From contig NC_068987.1 in the NCBI RefSeq assembly GCF_001194135.2, forward strand, positions 71,086,269 to 71,132,585: a DNA stretch of 46,317 nucleotides, given 5' to 3'. The stretch comes from Octopus bimaculoides. Lineage: Eukaryota. The number at the start of each line of letters is the position of its first letter. The stretch's first letter is position 1. Made by a program: the position numbers and the translations under genes. This document shows positions 12,071 through 25,734 of this stretch, one piece after another. Under the pieces are notes generated by a model. That model saw nothing but the letters and a program-made list of their open reading frames with translations, was not told where the DNA came from and searched no databases.

Positions 12071-12761
12071 CTGAAAACAAATACACGGAAGGAGCTGAAA
12101 TAGATAAAGTAAAATGAAATACGTCTCAATACATAACGAAATGGACAATGAAACGTAACAAATGAAAACGTGAAAAAGAAACAGCATTTCAGAATTATAA
12201 CATGCAGAATTACTGGATTACAATGTAACTCTACAAGAAATGTATGAAATCAAAGGAGCCGCAAAATAACAGACACTCAGTAAATGGCAAACTATAAAAT
12301 AAAATATTTAAATCGTCATTTTGAAAATCGAAAACGTTTCGCTGAACAAAGAAAATAGTTGAACATCAAAAGGAAAGGATTTTATCAAAAACGAAATTGA
12401 AATCAATGCATTGCCAAGAACGTGAGATAACAGAATTTGAGATGATTAGATAGAAAAATTAATCTGAACGACATCTTTCGAAGGCAACTAATGCTGCGTC
12501 TTGGTAATCATGGGAACAACACACAAATTCTTCAGAATTTGCCGCAAAATAAATAAATAAACATATAGGGGGAAACGGTGGGTGCTGGTTGCAAAGGTTT
12601 TTATTAAAATGCTAGTTGGTCACAAAGGGCTTGCAAAGATATTTAATGATTTGCTGAAAGGAGCCGAAGGAACTTTTAAGGGACTCACACGTGGAAGTAA
12701 ATATCTCACTCTCTATTGAAACTATGTCGTTATATATAGATTCGACCAAACGCAGACTTAC

Positions 12762-12810
12762 CAAATGTCTCACTCACTTTTGACACTATATAGACATAAA
12801 ACCTGTCTGT
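12762..12810 (-). other. Candidate 49-bp exon (product unknown)
   Basis: Acceptor ctttcatctctgttctgTAG, donor TG|GTAAGT. The only open frame, TDRFYVYIVSKVSETF, leaves 1 nt, matching the phase needed by 11993-12070. Confidence 0.42.
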
Positions 12811-13739
12811 CTACAGAACAGAGATGAAAGTGATATATCGTATAGATCAATTACTCATCATTAAAATTGTGACGTGAAGAAGAGAGATATTTATTTAGGA
12901 TTAATTTCCTTAATAAGACTCACAATCAATACTATTTTCTGGATTCTGTAAATATTAGTAAGGTATCAGTAATAACACGCAGACACAAGACCATCACCAG
13001 AGAAAAGGTAACCAACTTCGTATACGCAAACCAGAAGGAAATTTGAAATACAATTCACAATAGGAATTTCCTTGAAATTAAATCTTCCTTCATTTCTTCT
13101 TGTTGCTAACAATTTTAACTAAAATACTAAACCAGGATATCTTGGATATAAATTATTAGAATAAGATCGCACATTTTACTTCTGGTTTTTATGCTAGAGA
13201 TGACAAGAAACTGCACACAAACACCATTTGACAGAATATACCGATTCAATAAAATGTTTTACATGAAATTTGGTTCGGAAAAACGAAGCAAGACAACCTA
13301 AGGAGAAAACAATTAAAAAAATACTCTAATATGATACAAAAAAAATAGAAACAAAGATTCCACCAAACACGAACGTATCAATACTTACAAAATGTTCGCT
13401 TCCATTTATTCTCGGAATTTTTACTTAAAGTGTTTTCGATTCCGAAATTGTATGGCTAAAATTAGCCAGACACCTCTTTGAAGGTACGGCATCAATTTTC
13501 ATAAAATATATAACAATTTTTACTTGAAGTCTGATGTTTGATTTTAACACAGTTGAATTTCAATCCCACCACTCAATCAGGACTTCGGATGTTGAACTTT
13601 TTTTGAAGATTGCTGAAAACTTGTCCAACGGCTAATCGAAACATGACGATATTCATACTCTTCAAGAAAGAAATGGGATCCACCTCCCATATTTCATTGC
13701 TTACCGCTTTCTTCCCTCGTTTATTTGGGGAGCTTGGTT

Positions 13740-13804
13740 TTCTATTGGCCGAGTCAATTTGCCACTGTCCAATTCGTATTCTCATCCAACAACCTGTTTC
13801 TTTC

Positions 13805-13864
<60 letters not shown>

Positions 13865-13890
13865 GCTCTCTTTCTCTTTTTCTCTCTCTT
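13740..13890. promoter_or_regulatory. Possible (bidirectional) promoter: opposed CCAAT boxes plus a (TC)~26 GAGA tract
   Basis: ATTGG at 13744-13748 (GGCCAATAG on minus), CCAAT at 13769-13773, (TC)n at about 13809-13861. Splice-site-bounded segments diverge from here on both strands. Inference only. Confidence 0.3.
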
Positions 13891-15041
13891 GTCAGAAGGC
13901 GTTGTTGGGGGTATTTCTAGCTGAGGATGCGATAGCGGTTCCACGAAGGGCTGCTTGTGGCATTGAACGACATCTTTTTATCATTTCACACTTTCCCGAG
14001 CCTCGACGGTTCAATATTCTGGGACAGTAATGTTCTGGGACACGTTGTTTTCATTAGTGCTTATATTGTGTTTTTTCACCCTTTTTCTCTTTTCAGATCC
14101 ATCTCGGTAAAAAGACTTCACAATGTAAATGCCAGACATTCTTCCCTGTTTTACCAGACTTATCATCTACCTCAATCCTCTTTGAACGAAGTTCAGCATT
14201 GGGATTGCAGTTGTCTTCGATGGTATCATGGCCTACATGTCTAAGCAATTTCCAACGGATCACATACAATTCCATACACCTAGGTGATCACCACTTGCCT
14301 CTGTGTCACAGAGATAATGACGTGTCAAGATTTAACGTTCTCACTAATTTCCCTTTTTTGTTATATTTTGTTACATGATTTTTAATGTCGTCACCAACCC
14401 AATGTAATAAGTTTTGTGCCCTAGTTGCACCAAAATTTTTGTCTCATCATCAGACCTTAAAACCAAGTACACGCTTCTATATGAACTGCCCAAATGAATG
14501 GAGCATACAGCATGCGATGCAACATGTCACGCAAAACGCCAGGCAGTGAGCTGTACAACGCAACGCACATCGTCTAATATTGCTTATTGCTTTCATTTGC
14601 TCGTTTAAAAGCACATTGAAGCCCCTTTCGGCATTTGTGACGCAAAGGCATATTGTCTCCCTTCTTTCTCGTATTTGAGTAGGTTCATCAGACAAAAACG
14701 CATCATCCTCTCTTTTTTGCTTTGCTTTGTTATTCTAATATACAGCCTACTTTCGACGCATATAAACTTTCCCCTTGTCTTGTAATGATAGCAAAGGCAT
14801 TAATACTTTTCTAAACTTCTTATCAGTTTGCGCTGTTGTTTCACGGGAAACTAGTACTTAAGCATAGGTTGGGCAAATTTGCTTTTTCGTATCTCATATG
14901 GAGTCTATATTTGAATGTGTATCTATTTGTTGAATTGTTAACTTTTTGTTAAAATGTTTTAGAATTTAGCTTCTCGATACGTTCGTCAATTTTGTTTTCA
15001 TGTCTGAAAATGATTTGGTTTTAGTGTATATATCAAGTATT

Positions 15042-15413
15042 GGAGGCGCAATGGCCCAGTGGTTAGGGCAGTGGACTCGCGGTTGTTGGATCGCGGTTCC
15101 GATCCCCAGACCGGGCGTTGTGAGTGTTTATTGAGCGAAAGCACCTAAAGCTCCACGAGGCTCCGGCAGAGGATAGTGATGAACCCTGCTGTACTCTTTC
15201 ACCACAACTTTCTCTCACTCTGTTGTGCCTGAAATTCAAAGGGCTAGCCTTGTCACACTGTGTCACGCTGAATATCCCCGAGAACTACGTTAACTGTACA
15301 CGTGTCTGTGGAGTGCTCAGCCACTTGCACGTTAATTTCACGAGCAGGTTGTTCTGTTGATCGGATCAACTGGAACCCTCGACGTCGTAAGCGACGGAAT
15401 GCTGACAACAAAA
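15042..15413 (+). mobile_element. tRNA-derived SINE, family B, full length with probable TSD
   Basis: A box TGGCCCAGTGG, B box GGTTCCGATCCC. Homologous to 27012-27384. Flanks TATATATCAAGT (15027-15038) and TATGTATCAAGT (15414-15425) differ by 1 mismatch. Confidence 0.9.
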
Positions 15414-17829
15414 TATGTATCAAGTGCTACTATATTAGCACTTGTTATCAAATCTTTAGTTGAAAGTAAGCAGAAGGAAAATTTCCCGGGGATAATAAAA
15501 GAACGCCAAAAAGACAGATATTTTTTTCACACAGATACCAAAACAGGCTTCCAAATTTTTCCAAATTTTCCCAAATCCATTGTTTGTAAAATCAAACTCG
15601 GAAAAAATCTAATCACTGAGAAGTGAGTTAGAAAACTCTTCCGATCGCTCAAGAATACAATAATAATGTTTCTAACATCGCTAAAATTTGGAAGAGATAA
15701 TCGACGATATTGCCGACCCACGTACTTGATTGATATTTTATTGTAACGAAACCGAAAAGACGAGAAACAATGTCAGTCTAGCTACATATATGTTTAGAAT
15801 GAAGACTCCTATCGAGCGATGACCATTTCACTAATATTTACAACAAAATTTTAGAGGTCTAAACTATGGAAAAGTGTTTAGCTTTGAAGGGAAATTTCAT
15901 GATGCAATTAATATAAGCAGTATAGGCATAGAGGTGTACAAAAAGATGCGTAAACTTGAAATCACTTAACATGTCTGAGTCAATATCGTGACAAGCAAAT
16001 GATACCAAAGGCAACACAAACTAACGGCATATGACTGAAAAGTCAACACGATTATATAGAGAGCCAGCCGTGCACATCTAACAGTACGAGCAATCCAGCA
16101 CTACAGGTAGAATTATTTATCAAAGTCAATAAAGAAAATAGGTTTCCTTCAAACGTATAATGGCTAAAGAACAAAAAAAATATCAATTTCATCTCTAAAG
16201 TTAATATTAGTAATAGACCGAAAAACTGGTTTTAATAACGTCTCGATGTGGACTATTAGATATTTAATTATATACACACAAACGAATGCATTCGCACGTA
16301 TATGAATAGTTATCAATATACCCATATACGCACACGCATACACATACACACACGTAAATATATATACATATACACATACAATATATGTATATAGATATAT
16401 TATGGACACACATATATAGGTAAATATGTTTTATGTACCNNNNNNNNNNNNNNNNNNNNNNNNNNNNNNNNNTATATATATATATACATATATGTATTCA
16501 ATCATATACACATACATACATGCATGCCTATATATATATATAGGTATGTGTAGTTGTGTATGTATATGTATGTATGTATGTATATATGTATACTTATATG
16601 CATATACACATAAATCATAAATCCAAAAACAGCATGAGTCACTATTTTAATGTATATACATATATACACATGATAACTGGGATATGTGTGTTAGAATGAG
16701 TGTGTGTGTGTATTTGTGTTTTTGTGTGTGTGCGTGTGTGTATGTGTATGTGTGTGGGTGTGTGTGTGTATGTGTATGTGTGTGGGTGCGTGTGTGTATT
16801 TAAGTCACAATATATGAATTCAGATAACCTGTAGTACCCATAAAAAAGCTCCTTAATGAATCAATATACAAAACTTATAGAATATACAGTACGATATCTT
16901 CTGGATATATAGCGCGTTACATCGAGAATTTAATATTTAACAGAGAGTTTCCTTCACCCGACGACGTAGCTTAAATTCTGCTGGACTTTTGAAACACTTT
17001 TTGCATTTTGCATTAATGCAGATATGCAAGTAATTTATTTATTATTTAGTATAGTATAAGAATATACATTGTTTTCATGTTTTTAAGTTACTAAACAAAT
17101 TGTCATGTTATTTGAATTACTGTGTTGTTAAATAAAATCTCATGTGTATGTGTGTGTGCTTGTCTGTGTGTATGTATGTTTATACATACATATATATATA
17201 TATATATATATGTATATACATATATATATATGTACATTCCCACACATGTACACACACACTTATATTTATTTATTGAGTGTGCGTTGAAAATTTACAAAAC
17301 GTTCAGAAATATTCACAATTGTTCGTATGCCAAAATGTAGGCGTTCCTGACTTCTTTTGAAATATAAGTACGTTGAAATCATCTTAGAATTCTAATACAC
17401 ACTGACTGCACATAAAATTATTTACAAATTAACTAATCACATACCATTTAGTGTATGTTATGCAGATTAATCTAGATGTTTCACCTAGACATAGTAGCAA
17501 TCTGAAGTTTTCCACCTAAGTAAAACTTTACAGGGGTGCTGGCCCTATTAGATTTAGCCGGGCCGCCATGAAACCTATTTGAACATATGTATGAGGAGAG
17601 GTTTACAAAACGCGTATACATTTGTTTATTTTCCTCAACGTGGGTGTCACTAAGAATGGCGTAACTGCATTAAATATAATTTACCCTTTCCAATACAGTC
17701 AGTGCGTGAAAATATTTACTTACAATCTCATTTTGTGCTTGTGTGTGTGAGTATGTGTGTTTGTAATGAAGCAATGTATAGGAAAATAATACAGAACGCC
17801 AGAAATTATGGATTTCTCTTTGATCTTAC

Positions 17830-18034
17830 ATTTGTATCAGTTATTAGACTGTGACCATGCTAGAGCAATGCTTTGAACGGTTTTAGTCGAAAAGATCGAC
17901 CCCATTCCTTGTCTTTAAGTCTAGTACTCATACTACCGTTTTATTCAGTCGGACTGCTGCATTAAGGTAACGTAAATCAAACGAACACTAGTTGTCAAAT
18001 AATGGAGGAGGGCAAGCAAATACACTAACACACC

Positions 18035-18066
<32 letters not shown>

Positions 18067-18226
18067 CACACACACAGACATACACATACACACATATCTA
18101 TGTGTGTATGGTATAGGTCAACTCGGAGCTATAGTAGAAGACACTTCCTCAAGGTTCCGCAAAGTGGAACTGAACCTGAAACAACATGTTTGCAAAATGA
18201 GCTACTTAAAAGAACAGCTATGCCGG
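17830..18226 (-). mobile_element. tRNA-derived SINE, family C (older copy)
   Basis: ctatagtagaagacacttcctcaaggttccgcaaagtggaactgaacc and gactgtgaccatgctagagc match the 25281-25703 copy. Internal (CA)n tract. Confidence 0.8.
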
Positions 18227-18431
18227 CGATTATAATGCGTCTATATTATGTTGATAATATACTGGAAGGTAAGCAGTTTATGACTCACATATACGTGTGT
18301 CACACTTTCATCGGTACCTATCTAAATGGGCATCTGTTAGATCAGATTTTTGCTTTCGTACATGTAAGTGTAAAACGTGTGAGTCATTAACGGCTGCTTA
18401 CCTACAAATATATGCACAGATGTATGCGTAA

Positions 18432-18495
<64 letters not shown>

Positions 18496-18760
18496 ATAAA
18501 TATGTGTGCATAACTAATGTGTGTGCGTGCGTGTGCATGTATTGACATACGCGAAACTTGTCAGTACAATTTTAGTTCAATTAAGCTATACGTTTATTCG
18601 CTTTAAATGCACAACCAAATAACACATAAATGGCGCTATGATTTTGTCTGGAAAAATAAGAAGAACTAGAACAAAAGACCTAAATTTCATAGTTCGCACA
18701 GTCTATTTTTTAGCCATGTTGTACTCTATCGGCACTCTGTGTCTCTAGGTGCTATATCGC

Positions 18761-18952
18761 TTTCAAAGTTTGGCACATGACCAACAACTTCCAGGGAAGA
18801 GGTAAGTCGGTTACATCAAACTCATTGCTCAATTGGAACTTATTTTATCGAACCCAGAACGACAAAAAGGCGAAGTCAATCTCGGCGGAATTTAAGGACA
18901 GATGAAATGCTTCTAAGAGTTAGCCTGGCGTCCTAACGATCTCGCCAGCTCG
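18761..18952 (-). mobile_element. SINE family A copy
   Basis: tttcaaagtttggcac...ggttacatc...ttattttatcgaaccc...ctcggcggaattt...gccagctcg is the reverse complement of the family consensus. Confidence 0.78.
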
Positions 18953-19599
18953 TTTCCTTTCACTAAGTGATATATTGGCTATCTTCAATGTAGCAACCAA
19001 CAGCCCACATCCTAAATACTGAATCGAACATAATGGTGGCAGAGAAGCAAACTTCTTACTACACATCCACACCTCCGCCTATATTTTTATAAATACATTT
19101 TTTACACGTTTAATTTGGGTAAGAGAAAATTCAGAAAATGTAAACTTATTGGTTTCCAGCAGTTTGGATCAATTTTGGGCATTTGTAAAACGAAGGATCT
19201 TAAATCAGTTGTTTTTGCATATTTTCAAAGTTCTTGCTCTGCGGAAGTTTACGTAATTCTTTTTATATGAACAGTTGTCTGTGGATTCTTTCACGCTGGA
19301 AAGAGAAGTTGTCGGTTTCGCCGATATCATTCTCTTTGAAATTATGGTACAGTAGATTTTTTTCCTCTTGGAAATCATATCCACATTTATTTGGAGTGAC
19401 AGCTCACTTTTAAATTTTATATGCGAACCAGTATCCAGATATTTGAAGTTGTAGTTGTTGCAACATAATCACATCTATTCACGGCCATAAATTCCGGGAA
19501 GCTGTGAATGAGGCGAACGCATACTGGAAGCAAATGCGATTGTTGAAGTAGTCTGTGAAGGGCAGCGTTTACTCGGCAAGTACAGCGCCCAAAGGAGGG

Positions 19600-20100
19600 A
19601 AAATATCAATACCAGAAAAAAAGAGAGAACTCAGTGTGCAGTATCTGCGATACAGCAGGGAGTAAACGTGAAAGGGATTAGGGCTTGTAACCTGGAGAAA
19701 CTCAATAACTTAAGCGACTTCTTACCCTGGAGTACTAATCAGGAAAACTCGTCCTTCTTCATGGGTGCTGTAGCCGAACTCTTATCAATACCAGATAACT
19801 AAAAATATGTTAGAAAGAGGAAACTCCCTCCCATCCTGTAAGGAGTTTGGAGCAACTCTTTGAATCCAGGATCACATTTCTACTGGATGAGTTAGTGAGA
19901 AAAGGTTGATAAAAGTGCAGTTACGGCAGTGTCCTTATAGAAACTCCCTAAATGGGCAAACTTCGGTGAATTAAAACAATCCAAGTGTACCAAATTCTTT
20001 AGGGAAAGTAATATGAATCACAACAGCAAAGGAATGGCAAGGCAACCATTTTCTATCTTGCATTCAGACTCATACTGGGAGATGCGAATGAACCTGAAGA
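19600..20100 (+). mobile_element. Possible highly decayed RTE-like LINE RT relic
   Basis: Fragmentary translation GVNVKGIRACNLEKLNNLSD resembles the RTE GIxINGExLNNLRFADD region. Heavily disrupted. Confidence 0.3.
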
Positions 20101-20179
20101 GTAATGGTTTCAAAATGAGAGCTTTCGCATAGTTCCTGCTTAGTGAAAAACATCACCGATGTTTATTTCCCACGCAAAA

Positions 20180-20226
<47 letters not shown>

Positions 20227-20277
20227 TACACACAGACATACACACACAGACATACACACACGTGTTCTCTCTTCCCA

Positions 20278-20369
<92 letters not shown>

Positions 20370-20931
20370 GCTTCTGCGCATCAACATTATTTGAACTCGT
20401 ATCCTTAATTCACTTTAAAATAGATTCGCACGATCATCTTCTCATCCTTTCATGTAAAGTCAATATCTATATTTTATTTCTATCCTTTATCCAACGTGGC
20501 ATTATTTTTACTTGGTTTTGCTCATGCGTTGATTTTTTCCTCTACCCTTCATTTTCTACTCTTTGCTGTTTTCAATTTCGCAAGTCGATATCAGTATTCC
20601 CTATTTTTCCTTCAATACTCCATTCCTCATATGTTACGGTTCTTGGATGTCCCTGCTCTTAGTCACGATCCATGTACCCAGTGTCTTTGATTTCACCCAA
20701 ATATTCATGTATATTCTTTGTATCGTTCTAAATATTTTATCTGTCAACTCGCGTTTTCCGCTTTGCATCTCTCGTTTTATAACATTTTCGTTCTCTCCCT
20801 GTCTCTCTATTTCTCTGTCACTTCCTCTCTTTCTCTCTCTTTCTCCATCTTTCTATCTCTCTATGTATTAATATACCTGACGCTATATTCATATTTATAT
20901 CATTTTCTGTGCATTGAGTGTGTATGTATAC

Positions 20932-20972
<41 letters not shown>

Positions 20973-21366
20973 NNNNNNNNNNNNNNNNNNNNNNNNNNNN
21001 NNNNNNNNNNNNNNNNNNNNNNNNNNNNNNNNNNNNNNNNNNNNNNNNNNNNNNNNNNNNNNNNNNNNNNNNNNNNNNNNNNNNNNNNNNTATATATGAA
21101 TGTATGTATGTATTTATGTATGCATGTATATATGTATGTATGTATGCATGTATGTATGTATTCATGTATGTATGCACACATAAACCTCATGTACTGACAG
21201 ACGTGAATATTCGCGTGTGTATATTGCGCTTTTATATCGGGAATCATTCTTTTGTTTCTTTCCAGCAGATTTTCCACCTCTGGAATATGTCTTCATGCTC
21301 GTAGCACCACCATTCTTTGTCATTGCCTGTCCTGTTGTAATTCACTCACTATTTTTCACCCCGCTC

Positions 21367-21412
<46 letters not shown>

Positions 21413-22993
21413 CTCTCTCTTTCTCTCTCTCTCACTCTCTTTGTTTATCTTTCTTCCAGCTTTCTATTCAATCTCTTTTTCCATTTCCCCTCTTCCCATA
21501 CTCTCATACTCCATGAAATATGCATTCTCTCTTTTACTCAACTCAGATTCCTATATTTTTCTGTTTCCTTCCACAGTTAACGTTCACGACATAAAATATT
21601 TCCCTCTCAGTATCTTAGTATCTCTTTTCCTCACTACACTCACTACCTCCCCTCTCTTCTCCGTCTCTCTTTCTCTCTCTCTCTCTCTCTCTCCCTCTCT
21701 CTCTTTCTCTCCCTCTCTCTCTCTCTCTCTCTGCCTGTTTCTGTAACCATTTTCCTTAAAATATATTTTACTGTCTTTAAATCTTCTAAGACACTACCTT
21801 CTTTTTTCCCCCGTCTTCCTGACTTTCCAACGTCCGATTCATGCCTGGTATTTCTTTGATTTGCCTTCGAATAATTACGTTTACTTCTTGTTTCCCATTT
21901 CAGCGTTTCCCCAATCTTCGCTTCTCTCTTTCTTTGTTTATTTCTTTCTCTTCCATTTCCCACTTTCTCTCTTCTTCCCTTACCTTCTTCGCATCCTCTT
22001 TAACTTCGTTACTTTTTCTTCTGCAGTTATTTCTCATTCACCCACCCCAGCTTTTATCTGCTAAACTATTTCTGCGACTTGTTTATTTATTTATATTTCT
22101 CATAACTGCCTCCTCCTGGGATGTATTACCATTATTAAGCACATCTTTCTTTTCTAGAGCAGCTCCCACGTGACTTACCGATGACTGATGACCAGCCTTT
22201 GGGACTGCATTATTCTCGTTTAGACTGTTCTGAAGTCTGAGATAATTACCATATAGGCGCCGTTCTGAAAGTGGTTGTTCATAGCCCGATTTCTTTATTT
22301 TGAATGCTTGGAATCGGTAGTTGTTCAGAACCATACCTGTTTCTTGGTATTATGAACCAGCTGTCATGTGACCTGCTTTAACTACGTAGCTTTTTCAGTT
22401 GTCATCGGGAAAATATTGCCTGCTTACATGCCTGATACAAGATTCAAGAAAGCACATAACACCATTACATTCCTTACATACAATAGTTTAACTAGAAGTC
22501 TGAATATGAACAAGAATGAAAATTTATAAAAATACTTACGAAATACAAATACAAAGTAAATTGAATTAAGATGCAAATTTTAAAAAAATCATTTCAAGAA
22601 AACTAAATTATTTTATTTTCTATAGAAATTATTTATAAAATTTTGTATAATTACAGGCAAAACGTTATACGCCATGTTATGTTTAAAAGGGACAAATATT
22701 CACACGATTTTGCATGTCATGATGACATTGTCAATTATCTGACTGCATAAATGTCACCGCGTATCTCTATATCTACATATCTACATATTCAATATACATA
22801 TNNNNNNNNNNNNNNNNNNNNNNNNNNNNNNNNNNNNNNNNNNNNNNNNNNNNNNNNNNNNNNNNNNNNNNNNNNNNNNNNNNNNNNNNNNNNNNNNNNN
22901 NNNNNNNNNNNNNNNNNNNNNNNNNNNNNNNNNNNNNNNNNNNNNNNNNNNNNNNNNNNNNNNNNNNNNNNNNNNNNNNNNNNNNNNNNNNNN

Positions 22994-23024
<31 letters not shown>

Positions 23025-23342
23025 ATGGTTATAGTTCAACCCCTTGTAAACGTGAATCATGCAAATCTATATCAACGACTTCCAGGTCGTGACAATCCTT
23101 TGTTTAATTTTATTTCCTCACAAAGAAATCATTGTTCAATGTATATTTTTTTCTTAACGAAGTTTAATTTTGAGGGAAATTTATCAGTTATTTCTAGCAC
23201 CTCAAGCGAATACCTGTAACACTACTTTGGTCCGATAAATGTTACGTTCTTGTTGTTGGTTTCTTCTATAGCAGTTCCCTTCATGTAATCCAATGGTACA
23301 CAGATAATCAACTTGCTGACGATGAAGTGCTACACATAAATA

Positions 23343-23554
23343 CGAGGGTTTGCTGAAAGATACCGGAATCCCTGAAAGGCCTGGAATCAGTCCCAAACTA
23401 CCTAGTTCTTTTACTGGACTTAGAAAAACTTTAGAACGGCAGCGAGGTAAATATGTGAATCTGCGAGGAAAATATTTTCAATAAAATCATAATTAACTGA
23501 TCCTTGTGTATGTTTTTTTTTACCCAAAGCCAAGAAATTTTCTGTACCCCCTAG
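23343..23554. mobile_element. Mariner/Tc1-type MITE
   Basis: Left end TA|CGAGGGTTTGCTGAAAGATACCGG. The right end reverse-complements to CTAGGGGGTACAGAAAATTTCTTGG. Degenerate mariner-type TIRs, about 210 bp, non-coding. Confidence 0.65.
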
Positions 23555-23939
23555 TGTGTGTGTGTGGGGGGGGGTGCAAGTAATCATATATAAATAAAAC
23601 TCTTAGATGTATCTTACTGAAGGAAACTTGAGCTTCCTATAATATATGTTTCTAACAAGGTCTCAATTTGGAAGCAAAGTTTTTTAGTTGATTAAATCGA
23701 AATTTCACAACTTGACCTAACTTTACTTTAACGAATCGATCTGATGAAATTTAGATTTTACTCGGCGCTATAAGAACTTAGAATGAAAGAATATTTTTTC
23801 TAGATACTCTACGAATTCTGACACTCTAACGCCGTCAAGTTTCAAAATTTCAACGTTATATTGAAAAATATATCTGTGTGCCATTGGATTACATGATGGG
23901 AACTGCTATAGAACTAACCGACAACAAGAACGTAACATA

Positions 23940-23991
23940 TATGGTAGCTTCTACATGACATCAAATTTGATGTCATGTAGAAGCTACCATA
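23940..23991. repeat. Perfect 52-bp palindrome with no spacer
   Basis: TATGGTAGCTTCTACATGACATCAAA|TTTGATGTCATGTAGAAGCTACCATA. Confidence 0.97.
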
Positions 23992-24076
23992 CTTATTTTC
24001 CCCGGAGGGAAAAGCAAACTTATCAGTGGCACCTCATGGACTAAGTAGGTTACGGAATTTACTGACACCATATATA

Positions 24077-24134
24077 TGTGCATGTGAGTGTGTGTGCATG
24101 TGAGTGTGTGTGCATGTGAGTGTGTGTGCATGTG
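24077..24134. repeat. 16-bp tandem repeat, about 3.5 copies
   Basis: Unit TGTGCATGTGAGTGTG. Confidence 0.85.
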
Positions 24135-25280
24135 TCTGTATGTGAGAGAGTGTGAGTTTACATCTGTGTTTGTGTCTGTGTTATTTGCGGTACCATTGAA
24201 GTCGCCATGCTAAAACATTGATGTCTTAATGTTAACGTTGCAAAGCATGCAACTCGGCCATATATACTACCATATTTAGACTGTTTCGTAATTTAGTCCT
24301 CTTTTGAAAATAAAATTTTATGTACTTATTTAGTTATTCATACACTAATTTCTTTATCAATATTATTCCTTGTTTAGTATTCTTTTCTGTTGTTTTTTTT
24401 TTCTATTTTTATGTTTTCTTTTTCATTTTCACTAATACGATTTGCACAGAAATGCTTTTAACACCCCGCCCTGGAATAATTTCAAAGAAATTAATGACTT
24501 GTAAAATATATAACGCAAAATGCTTCCTTATACTTTCAGCCTAACGTTTAGAAATGGCAGAGAAAAATGAAATAAATTTTAAAACATGAAACGAAAATTG
24601 ATAATAGACTTGCCGAAGTCCGAGATCTTTGTAATTAATCATGATAAATTTCTTTCTAGATTACACGAAAGTGACACAGACATCGTAACAGATTTCGGTG
24701 AAAAGAAAATTTAAATATCCAATTAAACTCTTATGATGTACCAGACGTCATGAATTTGCAACGAGAAGGTAAAAAAAAATAGTGTTTATGAATTACGATG
24801 ATTGCTATAGGTTTTCAGCAGACTTTTATGTATTTTTCTTATTGCCTGTGTGCTTCTATTTTATGTGTATGAATGTGTACACACACATAGACACACTCAC
24901 AGACACGTACACAGATATGCAAGAGCGGACACACACACACATGCACATGGACGCGTGCACGCGCACAGACACAAATGCACACACGTATGCATATATATAT
25001 ACTTGCATAAATATGTATAGAGTTAGAGCGACAAACGTAGGGAGTGAATGAGTAAGTAAATGCGTATGTAAATATATATCTGTGTGTGTTTGTGTGTGTG
25101 TGTGTGTGTCTACACGTATATAATGTGTATATATAATACATACAGACAGTTATACGTCATGTGTTACGCATGTACATACATTAACATTATTAGTGATGTC
25201 TGTATGTGTATATATCAGTATATTTACCTTATATATATTATAGCCTTATTACATGTGTCATTGTATATACATATACATAT

Positions 25281-25492
25281 ATTCTTTTATTTGTTTCAGT
25301 CATTTGACTGCGGCCATGCTGAAGCACTGCTTTTAGTCGAAGAAATTGACCCCAATACTTATTCTTTAGAAGCCCAGTACTTATTCCATCGTCTCCCTGG
25401 CAGACCCGATAAGTTACGGGGACATAAACACACCAACATCGGCTGTCAAGCAATGGTTGGAGGACACACACAGGTACACAAATACATACACA

Positions 25493-25530
<38 letters not shown>

Positions 25531-25703
25531 TATATATACACGACGGGCTTCGTTTAGTTTCCCTCTACCAAATCCACTCACAAGGCTTTGGTTGGACCGA
25601 GGCTATAGTAGAAGACACTTGCCCAAGGTGGCAAGCAGTGGAACTGAACCCGGAACCATGTGGATGAGAAGCAAGCTGCATACCACACACCAACGCCCGC
25701 GCC
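25281..25703 (-). mobile_element. tRNA-derived SINE, family C (near full length)
   Basis: Minus head GGCGCGGGCGTTGGTGTGTGGTA...GGTTCAGTTCC (A/B boxes), then ACCTTGGGCAAGTGTCTTC (short CORE-like motif), internal (TG)n and a 3' region shared with 17830-18226. Confidence 0.88.

Positions 25704-25734
<31 letters not shown>

Noticed and set aside
15042-15115. tRNA genes at SINE heads
   Set aside because: A/B boxes are present, but they continue into repeat bodies with TSDs and lack a full cloverleaf, so they are SINEs.
22179-22334. Minus-strand ORF MVLNNY... ending at a GTAAGT donor
   Set aside because: There is no good acceptor, no homology, and an upstream in-frame stop. Chance sites are common in such DNA.
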